DNA of 64,000 nucleotides from Flaccisagitta enflata (GCA_965153355.1 OZ231126.1:23064001-23128000); one strand, 5' to 3'. Shown: positions 29,499 through 44,220, counted from the first letter of the stretch. Translations and numbers: made by a program. The notes: generated by a model from the sequence alone, not told the origin.

Positions 29499-29753
29499 AA
29501 CAAGGTCATTAGACCTAAGTCGCGTGCGTCGGCACTTTCAAAAAATGTCAGGCAGACAGATGGACAAAGTTTTTTTTCAGAAGCACTTTTTAAAAAGCTT
29601 TCTACTCCTCCAAGTTTCTTCTCTGCCATTTAGAGCCATCAAAAACATGATAAAAAGCCTCAAAAACGACTTTGTGACGGACCGACGGACCGACGGACCG
29701 ACCGACGGACCGACCGACAAAGTGGCTCATAGAGTCGCGTAGCACGCGACTAA
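29499..29753 (-). mobile_element. HINE-like element (family A), head-to-tail with the preceding copy
   Basis: aacaagg...agtcgcgtg...(GACC/GACG)n...agtcgcgtagcacgcgactaa. Confidence 0.85.
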
Positions 29754-30613
29754 AAAAAAGGAAGGAAGAAAAAAGAAAAGAGCTGGAAGAAAGTCTTTGG
29801 GAAGAAGATGGCGATAAATATCCGAGTCGTTTTGGCGCCGCGCGTCGGAAAGAAAGCGAAAAACGACGCCGCTGATGTCAAACGTGTCCGGCGAAGGAAA
29901 TACCGGCGGAAAAGGGATACCGGCATATGGGATACCGGCAAAGGGAAATACCGGCATAGAAGGTACCGACATAAGGGAAGCCTGGTGAATGGGGACACTG
30001 CGCCGGTTGAAGGGAACATCGGCGCAGTGGTAAGAAACGCCGACGGGAGAGGATGGGGGGGGGGGTAGGGAGAATCAGCGAAAGGAACAGCGGGGAAGTA
30101 GATACGTTAGATGGGTACGTTGTTCCTAGACTCCAGGTAAAAGGGAAAACCAGCAATGGAAACACTGAAACGGTTTAAACAAACAGACAGACGGGAGCAA
30201 GAAGCAGTGGCAATTCAAAGAACCACTTAACAGAACTACAGATATATAGCTCTATATTGAAGTCAGCATGAGAATGAAAACGCAGGTCTCACTTCCTAAC
30301 GACATATTCAGTCAATTCCAGACGCGCAAAAAGGAAAAAAAAAATCTTGGCTGAGCGTCCCACAACGATTTCTTTTTGGCAAGACAGCCACGCTTAACCG
30401 CGCCAAGAATGCAAGCTGCATACAGAATGCAATCATCGCGCGACTTACCTCTCTCTCTCTCTCTCCTTACCCCTTGTGCTCTAAGACCCCCTCTACGCTC
30501 GAAAAAAGACCACTTCCCTGATAATCGGCCCCATAGCCATAATATAGGGTTATAAACGCAGTTAACACAAACTTTAATGTCCCATTACCATAAGGCAAAG
30601 GCGCGTGGGGGCG

Positions 30614-30706
<93 letters not shown>

Positions 30707-30969
30707 CAAGACAGAGCCAGACAGACAGAGACAGAGAGAAAGGGATAGACATAAACAAAGACAGACAGGAGTGGAGTGGGTACAAAACAGATGAAATAAG
30801 CTTACTCATGAGAGGTATCAAAACAAAGTTGAACGAAATCCGCCGTGATAAAGAAAAAATTCAATTTTATGGAGTGAAATTTGATTTACAAACAACAGAA
30901 TGACGACAAACAAGGGAAATTATCGGCCCATTACCGGCGTCAATGCTCTACGTTAATGTCATGAATGAG

Positions 30970-31018
<49 letters not shown>

Positions 31019-31626
31019 GTAGCGACTAATGGCGTCGTTTTTATGCGAATATAAACCGATTATTTTTGATCGATTTTTTACCATTCTTTTTTTTTTGAGG
31101 GGGGGGGGAGGTAGAGAAGGGCTTCGGAGGGGTTTGTAACGGTCGCCAAATTAGCAAAGCACGTCTATGAGAGCCCACGCCACGTCTGTCGGTCAATCAG
31201 TCGGTCAGTCTGCCCATCACGGAAACATTTGATGGCCCATCCAGTCTACTTTGCCTTGTTAGGGTTGACTTTGACGCCACATTATTACTTTTTCAAAAGA
31301 ACTTCGATCGGCGTCATCGACTTTTTTTCTTCATTTTAATTATTCTTTTTTTTAATCTGCGGCGTCGTCGACATCACTTTATTCTTCGCCTCTAAGACGA
31401 ACACCATCGCCATGTGGGGGAGGGGGGGCGCTCTAAGACGAACACCATCGCCATGTGGGGGAGGGGGGGGGGCTCTAAGATGAACACCATCGCCATCTAG
31501 GCATCTACCGCTCCATAAAAAGGAGCTTTCATTACTCTTATGGGCCGTTTTATGGCCCGTTGCCGTAACTTTTCTTTTCTCCAATTCTTTTTTTTTTTTT
31601 CTGTTTCTTTGGTCTCCTTTCTTTAT

Positions 31627-31702
<76 letters not shown>

Positions 31703-31895
31703 TTTTCGTTTTCATTTCACTTGCTTGCTGGCTTTCTTGCCCGCTTTTTCTTCGGTTTCATTCTCCTGTCTGTCTCTTTCTTTTTCTTTACTTTCCTTAC
31801 GTCACTTCCGCTTTTCTTACTGTTATTGCTTCACCTTTCTTCTCCTCCTTTTTTCATTGCTTACTTTTCTCCTGCCTCTTTGTTCTTTCCATATT

Positions 31896-31967
<72 letters not shown>

Positions 31968-32344
31968 TCACTTTCTTTCTCCGATGATGGCAGTAAAGGC
32001 GTCGCGTTGGCAGTTTACAAGCTCGTAAAAGAGAGAAATAATTATCATCGATAAGACGTTGACTCGGCGCGGAGCAGGACGCATAAAGGGGGGAGACATA
32101 TGATATTGCAGTTGTGAAACTTTTTTTTCTGCAAATTTGTTTATCTTAAGAAATATGTTTTTTTTTAGTCCTTTTTTTTTCGCTTTAAAAGACTGAATTA
32201 TGAATTGGCCGAACAGATGTCAGTTACAATTTGGAAATACCCTTTCGTCATTTGAAATTTTGAGTTAGGAAGAAATTTGAGGTAAGGAAGAAATTAGCAA
32301 ATGAATAGTTGCTAATCTTGTTAATTGATCCAGTAACGAATGCG

Positions 32345-32970
32345 GCCAACAGGAAAAGTAACAACTGAATGAAGGAAAAAAAAGAGCAATTGGCGCCAAA
32401 GCAAACAGCTGGAGGATATTCACGATAGGTACTTGAGTAAGTCTTAAGTAAGTCTCACGTAAAAATTTCTTGAGACTTACTTAAGACTTACTTAAGTACC
32501 TATGGTGAATATCCTCCAGGAAAAGAAACAACTGAAGGAAGGGAAATGTAAGAGCAATCGGCGCCCAAACAAACAGGAAAAGAAACAACTGATGGAAGAA
32601 AAAAAAGAGCAATTGGCGCCAAAGCAAACAGGAAAAGTAACAACTGAATATAGGAAAAAAAAGAGCAATCGGCACCAAAGCAAACAAGAAAAGAAACAAA
32701 TGAAAGAAGGAAAATAAAAGAGCAATCGGCGCCAAAGCTAACAGGAAAAGAAACAACTGAAGGAAGGGAAAAAAAGAGCAATCGGCGCCAAAGCAAACAG
32801 GAAAAGAAACAACTGATGGCAGGAAAAAAACAGCAATCGGCGCCCAAACAAACAGGAAAAGAAACAACTGATGGCAGGAAAAAAACAGCGATCGGCGCCA
32901 AAGCAAACAGGAAAAGAAACAATTGATGGCAGGAAAAAAACAGCAATCGGCGCCAAAGCAAACGGGAAAT
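32345..32970. repeat. 55-57-bp minisatellite (about 9 units) interrupted by a palindromic insertion
   Basis: Unit approximates aaacaggaaaagaaacaactgatggcaggaaaaaaacagcaatcggcgccaaagc. Confidence 0.92.
32409..32519. mobile_element. 111-bp foldback MITE (possibly PIF/Harbinger-type, CWG ends)
   Basis: 49-bp arms at 32409-32457 and 32471-32519 with two mismatches. Removing it restores the minisatellite unit aaacag|gaaaag. Confidence 0.8.
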
Positions 32971-33489
32971 AGGCAACTCGTAAAGATGCCGGTGGAAGCC
33001 GGTGGAGACCGCTGCTTCCGGTAGACAAGTTCAGCTGAAACTTGTCTCTTGCTAATACGGTGCCACATATTCAATGTGTTCTATTATTTGTTTTGTTTTT
33101 CTTATAACATCATTTGACCATTGTACATGGTATGGTACCTGGAACATAGTACATGGCGTGCTTTATGGTATATTTTGACTCATAAGTTCAATCCAAGATT
33201 TAATGAGGAATTTGAAGACAAAAAAACTTCTTCTTGAAAACGATGCATCAAAAAGTACCCACTCCTTTTATGGCCACGCTTGCAATAAATATCTTCCGAT
33301 GATGAAACTTTAAAACCATGAAAGTTAAGGCTATCTCGTGTTGGTGTGAGTGTTTAAAAGGACTTGACTCTAACAGCTATGAAACGAGACCTTCATTTAC
33401 ATAAATGGTCTGCCTCGTTACAACCGATGTTTATGGTCGAGCTTGATGTCATTTTTATTTCACTCTTACGGGTTTTATGAGCCAACATC

Positions 33490-33532
<43 letters not shown>

Positions 33533-33586
33533 TGTGCCGTTTTGTCTGTCAGTCTTAGTGAATATGTGCCAGACAGGTTTAGGGTA

Positions 33587-34083
33587 CACTTTTTTTTTTT
33601 TATAAGAACGTCATTTTTTGAGCAAGCCTTCAATGTTCTTAAATTTTGAGCAGTTTCAAGGCTTGAACGTTCTTAAATTGTTCTTAATTTAAACGCATCT
33701 TTAACCTTCGATTAAGAATGTTCTTAATTAGTTTTAAGTTTGTCATAAAGAAGAAAATAAAGGAAAATATCAATGAAACAACAAACTAGCAGATTTAAAT
33801 GTTTTAAGTGTTTTAAGATTAATGAAAGTAGTAAAATATATGCTATTTAAAGTGAGACATGATTTGCTCAACATAAAAGATACACAGTTTATCCATTGAC
33901 AAGGTACAATTGATTAAAAAAAGCACAGAAAAAAAATGTTCTTAAATTTTTAAGATCTTTAGCCTAATTTTCTTAAATTTTGGAAACAATGAAGCCTTCC
34001 AATGTTCTAAGCATGTTCTTAAATTTTCAACGTTTTGAAGCCTAACGTTCTTATAAACTTGGTTCTTATAAAAAAAATAAGTG
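33587..34083. mobile_element. TA-flanked MITE (Tc1/mariner-type)
   Basis: TA|cactttt...ttataagaac ... gttcttataaaaaaaataagtg|TA with repeated gttcttaa. Related degraded sequence near 51340-51770. Confidence 0.8.
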
Positions 34084-34119
34084 TATGTTATTCTATATCT
34101 CTTTCTTACCGTTTACCGG

Positions 34120-34150
<31 letters not shown>

Positions 34151-34191
34151 GATTCTGTCTCTGTCTCTCTGTCTCTGTCTCTGTCTCTCTG

Positions 34192-34307
<116 letters not shown>

Positions 34308-35122
34308 CCTTTCGCAACCGTTGGAAATAATTATTAGGCCTAATTAATGGCGACACTTTTTACGGGTTTTCTTGATGGCAAACAACCCATCAAAAACTAG
34401 CGAACACAATAAACGAGAGAAGCAATAGAAAAAAAAAGAAGGAAGCGGAAAAGAAAGAGAGAATGAGATTGAAACTTAACCGTCAGCTTTGGACAGTTTA
34501 ATGTTTTAATTGCCACTGAAGAAAAGCATCGAGACACTAAAAAAAGCCTGAGCTATTAAGGATCAGTTCCTTTGCCTTTGGGAAGACCACAGAAGTTGTT
34601 GCCGTGTGGTAACTTTCCTTTTCATTCTGCTGTCCTGCTGGTATATCTGTGTGTGTGTGAATGTGTGTGTGGCAACTACAACTCGGTAGTCTTTAAAGCC
34701 TCTCATTCTCATTCTCATCTTTTTTTTTTTTTTTTTTTTTTTTTTGCATCCTTTGATAGTTGCCAAATTAGAGAGAAAGAAAATTTTTTTGTCATTTACG
34801 GCTAGAAGCTAACATTTCTCTTTCGTCGGTCTAAACATTTTTTTCTTAAAGTGACATAACGGTAAAATATTTTTAAACATTTTCGTGGTCGTTGTCGTTT
34901 TTCGTTCACAACCACGTTTAAAGAAATAAAATGGTTTATGATTCATTTTCCTAACAGAAAAAAAAGTTTTATATTCAGAATTGAAATATGACTGAGACCT
35001 TTTTCAAAGCGTGATCCATGGGGATATATGACGACTGACGAGGTAAATTCAGCATCTGAATAGACGCGTTAACAACAGACTTTTTTGTTAAACTGAATTA
35101 TCGTCCATTATCACAAGAGGGC

Positions 35123-35328
<206 letters not shown>

Positions 35329-35544
35329 GCCACACTCACACACACAGATGCAGACAGGGTGAAGGACAGTCCGGCAGACAGACAGAAACACAGAGTGCCG
35401 GTGGGAGACAAATTTAGAGGCACAGTGACAATTGACATTTGATAGAAATATATATTTGGCCCACACAAAAGAATCTGAGTAACGACCTAGACAAAAATTG
35501 AATCAATAGAAGAGAAATAAAGGAGAAAGAGAGAGAGAGAGAGA

Positions 35545-35609
<65 letters not shown>

Positions 35610-35651
35610 CCAGACCACCCGGACGATGGGAAAATAAAAATAGGAAAACGA

Positions 35652-35726
<75 letters not shown>

Positions 35727-36389
35727 GAAGGAAGAAAGAAAGAAAAAAGACCACGCTGGGAGTAAGCTTTTAACTGGTTGGAAACTGTTAATCATGAAAA
35801 CTTTTACTTGGTCTGATCGTAAATTTGTTAACATTTTGAGGCTCGTCGTTAGAAATGATTAAAGTCAATCCCAGTCACGCGGAAGGCAAGTGTTTAAAAG
35901 CGTATCAAGTAGCTGCTGGGTTTCAATCTCTCTTGTTGAAAAATGTCCTGGACTGGTTATATAAGTCGGTGGTGGACAGAGATTAGCGTTACTGAGCGTC
36001 AGTGGTCGGCCGTTATGAGGTCGTTATATGGTAAAAATCCGCCATTTTATGCTAAGGTCGTTATCCCTAAATAACTGGACGTTATTTATATAAGGTTACA
36101 CATATTCTAAGTAGAAGGAATAGATTTTGTAAAAGGTTCATTGCATTTGACTCATGGAAATCCTCGTTATGAAAGATGGACAACATTACCACTATACTTA
36201 CTATACTTACTATACTGACCATACTATACTTACTATACTCACTATACTTACTATTCTTACTATACTTTCTATAGTTACTATACTTACTATACTAGGCCCT
36301 CTTCTATTCATTTCAGTTAGGGTAGAGAGATGGATATTGCTCCACCTATCATACTGATACATCATACTAAACACTGTTAAGAGCAAGAG

Positions 36390-36476
<87 letters not shown>

Positions 36477-36730
36477 ACACCAAAAGCGGTATAAGATCGA
36501 CTTAAAGAAACAAAGAATCTTGGAAGAACAAAAGAGAAGAAGGAGGAGAAAGAGGAGGAAGAAGAGGAGGAGGAGGAGGAAGAGGAACAATCGGTTTTCA
36601 TGGTGATTTATCCGTTATCCGTTATCCCATATATCCTATCCGTTACACGGATTGCCGGATCTCGATACCTAATCTCTGGTGGTGGTAGATCAGTGTGGTC
36701 ACTATGCGAGGTGATTGAGATATGGATGTA

Positions 36731-37087
36731 GATTACGCATGTCAGAGTGCCAAAAACGGGCAAAACTGGAGTTCCCCCCACCACCATCTTTTTCTATGGA
36801 AAATTCCTGTCAAACGAACTGTCGCGCGACTTTCATTTTGATCGGGAACCATCGTTAGGGTGAGGTTGAAGTTTGTATTGAATTATCATTGGAACCAATA
36901 TCTTTATTACGCAAATTATACCTCTGCTATAGATTCCTATGGAAACTTCATGGTGACCCTAACGATGGTTCCCGATCGATTTGAAAGTTGCGCTACGGCT
37001 CATTTGATAGTATTTAAGCCAAGTGAAATGATGATGGTGGGGGGAAAGCCAGTTTTGGCCAATTTTAGCACTCTGACATGCGTAATG
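36731..37087. mobile_element. TA-flanked foldback MITE (Tc1/mariner-type)
   Basis: ~58-bp imperfect TIRs (attacgcatgtcagagtgc.../...gcactctgacatgcgtaat) plus a perfect inner IR atcgggaaccatcgttagggt / accctaacgatggttcccgat; TA on both sides. Confidence 0.85.
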
Positions 37088-37759
37088 TAGATTTAGATTG
37101 CTCGACCTTAATAAACATTCTTTTTTAACTCAAGCGGCTGAAAATACTTCCCGGATATAACTGTTGGTGGTAAGACTTAAGTGACGATATATCCAAACTT
37201 GTAGGCGTAGGGGATGAGTTTCCTGCCTCATGTTATGCAAAACCGTTCACGGTATGTTTTGCAGAATTAGTGTTTTTACGAATTGGTATAAACAAAATGA
37301 CATTGTTTGAAAAATTTGGCCATCTTCATATATCGAGTGGGTAATTGATGAAAAATGCCTTCTGATAATCAGACACAGTAACCATAAATCAAGTTTTTCT
37401 TTTAAAATCAATTCCGCGTTGTACCACTTTCCCTTTAGTTACAAGAATATAACCTTTTGACCCCGCCATCGAAAATGGACATAACTGTTCCTTCTCACGC
37501 ATTCCTATTGGGACTCATTCGAATCTGATGACTCTCACTTCTTTACTCCTCCCCCCCTGTTGGGTAGTTTACGATGAAAGTTGGACGAACGTTGCTGAAG
37601 CAAATTGATTCTTTATAATCCGCTCAATACAATCATTAAATCCACCCCACCCCCTTATGTTTTTCCATCTTTTGGCCATTAGGTAAATTACCAGTCCGTT
37701 ATTCTTAGTCGGGGGTTGTTTTAAGATTCATCACGTATCAATACTTAGTCTTATGATCT

Positions 37760-38520
37760 CCTCCCCTTTTCCTTGTTTTCATACCACAGTAACCTCACCA
37801 CGATGAATTCAATCTAGGATGATTCTAACATGTCACTCATGCATCAACAAGCAGAAATTCTCCTCCGCTTCCTTGTTTTCTAACCCACGATGATTTTTGT
37901 TAAGAGCTTATTTCTACACCCCCTTTAATGCGTCAAGATCCAGGATCACTCGTCCTCATTTCCTGGTTTTCCAACCCATGATGATATGAATCTAAAGGTT
38001 ATTTCTATGCCCCTTTTAATGCGTCAAGATCCAGGATTACTCCTCTTCATTTCCTGGTTTTCCAACCCACGATGATCTTACTCTAAAGGTTATTTCAACA
38101 ACCTCTTTCATGCGTCAAGATCCAGGATTTCTCCTCCCCGTTTTTTAAGTGCGTCCTCGCACTTCTATAAGAGGACATGTCCGTCGGTTGGTCGGTCGGT
38201 TGGTCGGTTGGTTGGTCGGTCACGCAAACGTTTGAAATGCGCAAAACGGTTCATTCTGACGTATTTCTTCATACCTATCACCTTTCATGCCTTACCACAT
38301 TCATATTCATTCATTCATTCATTGATTCATTTGTTCATTCATCAAAAACGTTCATTCACAAATACTTAATCAAGCGAGGCGCACTTATTGGCCTTCACTT
38401 GGCCTTGTTTGTTTCCCAACCCACGATGATCTTAATCTAAAGGTTATTTTAACACCCCCTTTCATGCGTCAAGATCCAGGATTACTCCTCCCTGTTTCCT
38501 TGTTTCCCAACCCCTCAATG
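37760..38520. repeat. Degenerate ~92-bp minisatellite interrupted by a HINE-like element
   Basis: Recurrent atgcgtcaagatccaggat and ccaacccacgatgat. Confidence 0.8.
38145..38409 (+). mobile_element. HINE-like element (family A, aagtgcg subfamily)
   Basis: aagtgcg-tcct-cgcactt palindrome, (GGTC/GGTT)n, subterminal gcgaggcgcactt and ggccttgtt end; inserted in a T-run of a minisatellite unit. Confidence 0.85.
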
Positions 38521-39011
38521 TTTCAAAATCGGGGATAATCTCGGCTTAATCCTAATTTGTATACCCGATAATCTCGGATAATCCCCTCTTAGTCTCACTC
38601 TCTCATTCTTCTTATCGGGCGGTCACTTTGCATTCCGCTTTTCCTTTCTCTCTGCTTCCCGCCTTCGAAGAAGATGTTTGGTTGTATTCGGGCTTAAACC
38701 AAGTGTCATAACAACTTAAAACAACTCGTCACATTGTAATTACATGAACGGGAAATCTCTTTATAAAGTCAGCTGGTACAAGATTCTTGATTGCCCAGCT
38801 TGCGTCAAATTCCAGACTTTTGTGTACAAACGTATCAGTGGTCCCCTATTCACGTACCGACTAAGCTTGCGTATCTTTTTAGCTCTGGTTTGTCGTTTGT
38901 ACGTTTGTCCGTTTGCCGGTTTGTATATTTCTTTGTTTGTTAGGTTTCTGCCAATCCCATTAGCCTCAAACCCTGCCTTCATGTCTGAACGTCGGCATTT
39001 CACTGTGAATA

Positions 39012-39071
<60 letters not shown>

Positions 39072-39402
39072 ATCATCATCGTTATCATCATATCCCGACT
39101 GTCGTCTGAAACTTTAAATCGTCTTAAATTTGAAAGCACCCCCTCCAATAAACGCCACGCCGCCCCTGACCGGCCGTCCCCACATCGGGCCGCCCCTCAC
39201 CGGCCCACCGTCTCTCGGGCAACTACCGCTACCACTATTCGGCCGGCCGATCGGTCAATCGGCCAATCGCCGCCCCGCCGCTGTTGCCCCGTTTGACCGC
39301 CTTTGAAACGCGCCGATCGCTTTTGACCGTCGGAAAACATAAAGGCAACTTTCGCCACTGATAGACTCACGGCCTAAGGGTCAGTCTAGACGGCCAGTCA
39401 GA

Positions 39403-39491
<89 letters not shown>

Positions 39492-40288
39492 TGTAGGGAG
39501 ATGGGGGGAGGATGGTTGGTGGTTGTGATGGCTAGTCTCGTCACTGAGGAAACTGATGATTCAGTGTATCACTTGCATTGATGATATGTTTGCCCATCCC
39601 ACTGATGCGTCTTATCGATCAAATAAATAACCTTTTACCCTGACTCAGCGTTTCGGACAAAAAGCTGAGAATGAGACTGTTTAAAAGATTATGAATTAAT
39701 TTCGGATGGTTTTATGTTCTGATGTTATTGTTTATATTTTTTGCCTGAATTTTTTTGGTCATGAATGCTAAGGCAGGCTGGTATTTTTTCCTCACTCATC
39801 GACACATGCAACATACACATCGACGGAAAGGTTTGTTTCTTGGTTATCGAATATATCTGTCAGGATTTTGAAAAAACGAGTTCGTGCTTGAACGTTCTTG
39901 AGTTATTTTCCACAAAACTTTTAATCACAGGCGCTTCATCGGCTAAACTTTCGTCTGAATTTCACGGTATGATTTTTAAAATGGTCTCTCAGTTCATCAT
40001 GCTCTTTTAGTTCCGTGTCCTTTAAAAGTGGGCAAAAGGGAAATAAATAGCTACCAAATTTGATCTTTATTACTCAACTGTAACAAATTAAATGAGTTAA
40101 AACTGTAGGAAACGTGTCGGAGGGCCGTGCCTTCCCCTCAGTGGCAGTTTAAGATTTAACTGCCTTCTTTATCATGAAGCTTAAAAAGCGTTATCATTTT
40201 TATTACAGCTTTTACGATTATCAGAATGTAAAAACGGAATAGAGTTTTTGGGGCGAACAAACAACATACACTCGAGACCTTGGAAGGA

Positions 40289-40393
<105 letters not shown>

Positions 40394-40610
40394 CTTATCA
40401 ACTTCGTGTCAATTCCCTTCTTACTCGTAAATTAGGAATTTTCAAGTCTCGACGAAGAAGACAGCAATCAACTTTGGGGAGATAGACAAAAAAGAAAAAA
40501 AAATGAGGAGGCATAAAGAAAACTTTTTTAATTAGAGAAGTAAAAACTAGATTATGTAAAAAAAGAAAAGGCAGACTACGAAAAAGATAATAGGAAGAGA
40601 TGAAAGGAGA

Positions 40611-40977
40611 AACAAGTCATCCAAGGATTGCACATGGTCAGCGGAACCCGATGCCCTGCTTGGAGTGATAGCTTAAGAAGTGGTGTGAGAGCAGGGCAGC
40701 GGCCCCAAAGGGCCGATGTCCTGTAGGACGCAGGGGTGAACCATTACGTACGTCTGTCCTGACAAGGCTGATTTAGGGCCTTGAGGAGCTAATTTTGGGC
40801 CTCAGAGGACTGATTTATGGCCTGAGAGGGCTGATTTTGGGCTTGAGAGGGCTAATTTGGGGCCTGAGAGGAGCCTCGGGGGGGGGGGGGGATGGACAGA
40901 TGTACAGATTGACAGACGTACGTAATGGTTCACCCCTGTGTCCTACAGGACATCGGCCCTTTGGGGCCGCTGCCCAA
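40611..40977 (-). mobile_element. Family B element, variant subfamily, complete
   Basis: 65-bp IR arms at 40694-40758 and 40911-40975 (one mismatch), 21-bp array, tail ending aacaag. Confidence 0.85.
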
Positions 40978-41170
40978 AAAGGAGGAGAAAAGGTTGTGTT
41001 TTGAGAAAAAAAAAAACTTCAATAGGGCCCTGAGGGAAGGTGGAATAATAACTTATAGTTAATAAAACTTAACTGAATCATTCTTCGATGGTGTATAAAA
41101 AACTTGGGAGCATGGCTTGAATATCGAGTGTATTTGGCCTTGGAAAGTTGTATTTTTGACTATCTCATTT

Positions 41171-41326
41171 TTAGTCGCCGACACGCGACTCCACACCTTG
41201 CCGTGTCGGTCGGTCGGTAGGTCCATTGGTCCGTCGGTCTGTCACACTTTTGAATTCCGAGCGGTTTTTGCAATACTGCTCCTGCCCAACCGTCCGCGAC
41301 TGGATTGCCGTGTATCCGGCCTTGTT
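41171..41326 (+). mobile_element. Short HINE-like element (family A)
   Basis: ttagtcgccgacacgcgact...(GTCG)n...ccgtccgcgactggattgccgtgtatccggccttgtt. Confidence 0.85.
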
Positions 41327-41735
41327 TTCCTCAGTCGTCATAATTGAGATTCGGGACATGATTAGAGAAAAGAAATCGAATTCTGAAGATTCATCAAGTC
41401 ATTAACATTGCAGCTAAGATTGTAAGAAGCGCTGCTAGTTAAACATTCATCTATCATTGTATTGCAGCTGATAAACGCTGCTAGTCAAGAAGACTGCTGA
41501 TTTAGTCACAGGTTTCTGGCAGTTGATATGTTTGCAATGATAATATTGCCAAATGCCCCTTTACTCATAATTGCAAAGTGAAAGAAAGGGAAAATTCAAG
41601 AAATCATCCCAAGCTACGCATGCTCAAGGCACGGTAAAGTGAGAGGGTGCAACCATATATACTGTCAGATGGCCAAGAATGAAATATGCGGGCTGAATAG
41701 CCTCACTGTAAGAGCGAAAAAGAGAGAGAGAGAAA

Positions 41736-41832
<97 letters not shown>

Positions 41833-42014
41833 TAGAGTGAGAATGCTGAGAGAGTCAGATAGGAGGGCACAATAGTTGGAAATGCGATTGTACGCCCCAT
41901 GAATCTTGATATACGATCGGTGACGACGGCGATTACGTCACACGATTTGACTCGTAAACGACATTGACGTAGTTCCAAAAGTTGGCAGCGGCGATAAGAG
42001 CGCCACAGTAGCTG

Positions 42015-42066
<52 letters not shown>

Positions 42067-42155
42067 TTTCTCGTAAATTCAAAGTTCGATTCAATGAAAA
42101 ATGGGACCGAGTCACATCAAAAAGATTACTAACGGAAGCCGATGCACAGTAGCGC

Positions 42156-42236
<81 letters not shown>

Positions 42237-42500
42237 GAGTAAAATGGATCAACAAAGGACTGAATCAAATGTGGAGTGAAAGAGGCAAGATACTTTCAAA
42301 AGCCTTGAACTTCAAAGGCCTTGAACTGATTAAGCGACTACATGAGAAATTTCATGGAGGCAAAAAAAGCAATTTTTGTCATAATCATCCTACTTTGAGG
42401 TAACAAACGATTCTATATCTCAATGTCATTTGTGATGCGGCTAACCTTTAATCAAAAATTGACTTAGTGAACCCTAGAAACCATTGATTCAAAGCCCTTT

Positions 42501-44220
42501 TTAGTCGCGTGCACGCGACTCTATAACCCGCTCTGTCGGTCCGTCGGTCCGTCGGTCCGTCGGTCCGTCCGTAACACTTAGCTTTTTTTCGTCGTTTTAA
42601 GTCATTTTAGGGTATTTTACGTCATTTTAAGTCATTTTATGTCATTTTAAGTCATTTTCAGTTATTTTCAGTTAATTCTAGTCACTTAAGTCATTTTGTC
42701 ATTTTTTGTCATTTTTGTCATTTTATGTTATTATGAGTCATTTTAAGTCATTCTAAGTCATTCTAAGTTATTATAAGTCATTCTAAGTCATTATAAGTCA
42801 TTACAAGTCATTCCAAGTCATTCTCAGTCACTCTAAGTTATTTTTGGCTTTTGTAGTTTCTAGTAACACTTTGCTTTTTTGCGTTGTCTTTGATCAATTT
42901 GGGTCGTCTGGAGTTATTTTGAGTCATTATTTTGTTGTTTTTGGTCATTTTTGGTTGCTCTTGGTTATTTCTGGTTACTTTTAGTCATTTTTCGTCATTT
43001 TTGATCATTTACATTACTTTGTTAATTTAAGTCATTTGGGTCTTTTTTGGGCATTTTAAGTCATTTTGGAAGATTTCAGGTCATTTTTGGTCATCTAACA
43101 TGGTTTTTTGGTATGTTTTGGTCTTTTTTGTTTTTTTGGTTTTTTGGTTTTTTGGTTTTTTGGTTTTGGGTTTTTGGATTTTTTGTTTTTTGTTTTTTTT
43201 TTTGTTTTTTTTTGTCATCTAGGTTTTTTGGTATGTTTTGGTCATTTTTGTTTTTTGGTATGTTTTGGTCATATGTGGCATTTCAAGTCTGCTGGTTTAA
43301 GTCTGCATGTTTAAGTCTGCCGGTTTAAGTCTGCTGGTTTAGGTCTGCTGGTTTAAGTCTGCTGGTTTAAGTCCACTGGTTCAAGTCTGCTGCTTTAAGT
43401 CTGCTGGTTTAAGTCTGCTGGTTTAAGTTGGCTGGTTTAGGTCAGCTGGTTTGAGATGGCTGATTTAGGTCTGTTGGTTTAGGACTGCAGGTTAAGTCTG
43501 CTGGTTTAAGTCTGCTGGTTTAAATCTGCTGATTTAAGTCTGCTGGTTTAATTCTGCTGGTTTAAGTCTGCTGGTTTAAGTCTGCTGGTTTAAGTCTGCT
43601 GGTTAAAGTCTGCTGGTTTAAGTCTGCTGGTTTAAGTCTGCTGGTTCAAGTCTGCTGGTTTAAGTCTGCTGGTTTAAGTCTGCTGGTTTAGGTCTGCTGG
43701 TTTAAGTCTGCTGGTTTAGGTCAGCTGATTTAAGTCTGCTGATTTAAATCTGCTGGTTTGAGTCTGCTGGTTTTAGTCTGCTGGTTTAAGTCTGGTTTAA
43801 GTCTTGTTTAAGTCTGGTTTAATTCTGGTTTAAGTCAGGTTTAATTCTGGTTTAAGTCTGGTTTAAGTCTGGTTTAAGTCTGGTTTAAGTCTGGTTTAAG
43901 TCTGGTTTATGTATGGTTTAGTCTGGTTTAAGTACGGTTTGAGTCTGGTTTGAGTCTGGTTTGAGTCTGGCTTGAGTCTGGTTTAAGTCTGGTTTAAGTC
44001 TGGTTTAAGTCTGGTTTAAGTCTGGTTTAAGTCTGGTTCAAGTCTGGTTCATGTCTGGGTTAGGTCTGGTTTATATCTGGTTTAGGTCTGGTTTCGGTCT
44101 GGTTTTGGTCTGGTTTGGGTCTGGTTTAAGTCTGATTTTCAAAAAAAAAAGATACAATAAGGAATCAGGTCAGTTCAGTTATTTTTGTCCTGCACGCGAC
44201 TTATAGGTGTTGGCCTTGTT
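42501..44220 (+). mobile_element. 1.72-kb HINE-like element with 10-, 14- and 11-bp satellite arrays, 127 bp into Hox intron 1
   Basis: agtcgcgtgcacgcgact palindrome, (GTCGGTCC)n, arrays agtcattcta, gtctgctggtttaa (about 43287-43790) and gtctggtttaa (about 43790-44135); end tgcacgcgacttataggtgttggccttgtt. Confidence 0.88.

Noticed and set aside
32345..32970. CRISPR-like appearance of regular repeats (also 2438-2985 and 27150-27790)
   Set aside because: Whole units are repeated with no unique spacers, there are no cas genes, and the context is eukaryotic.
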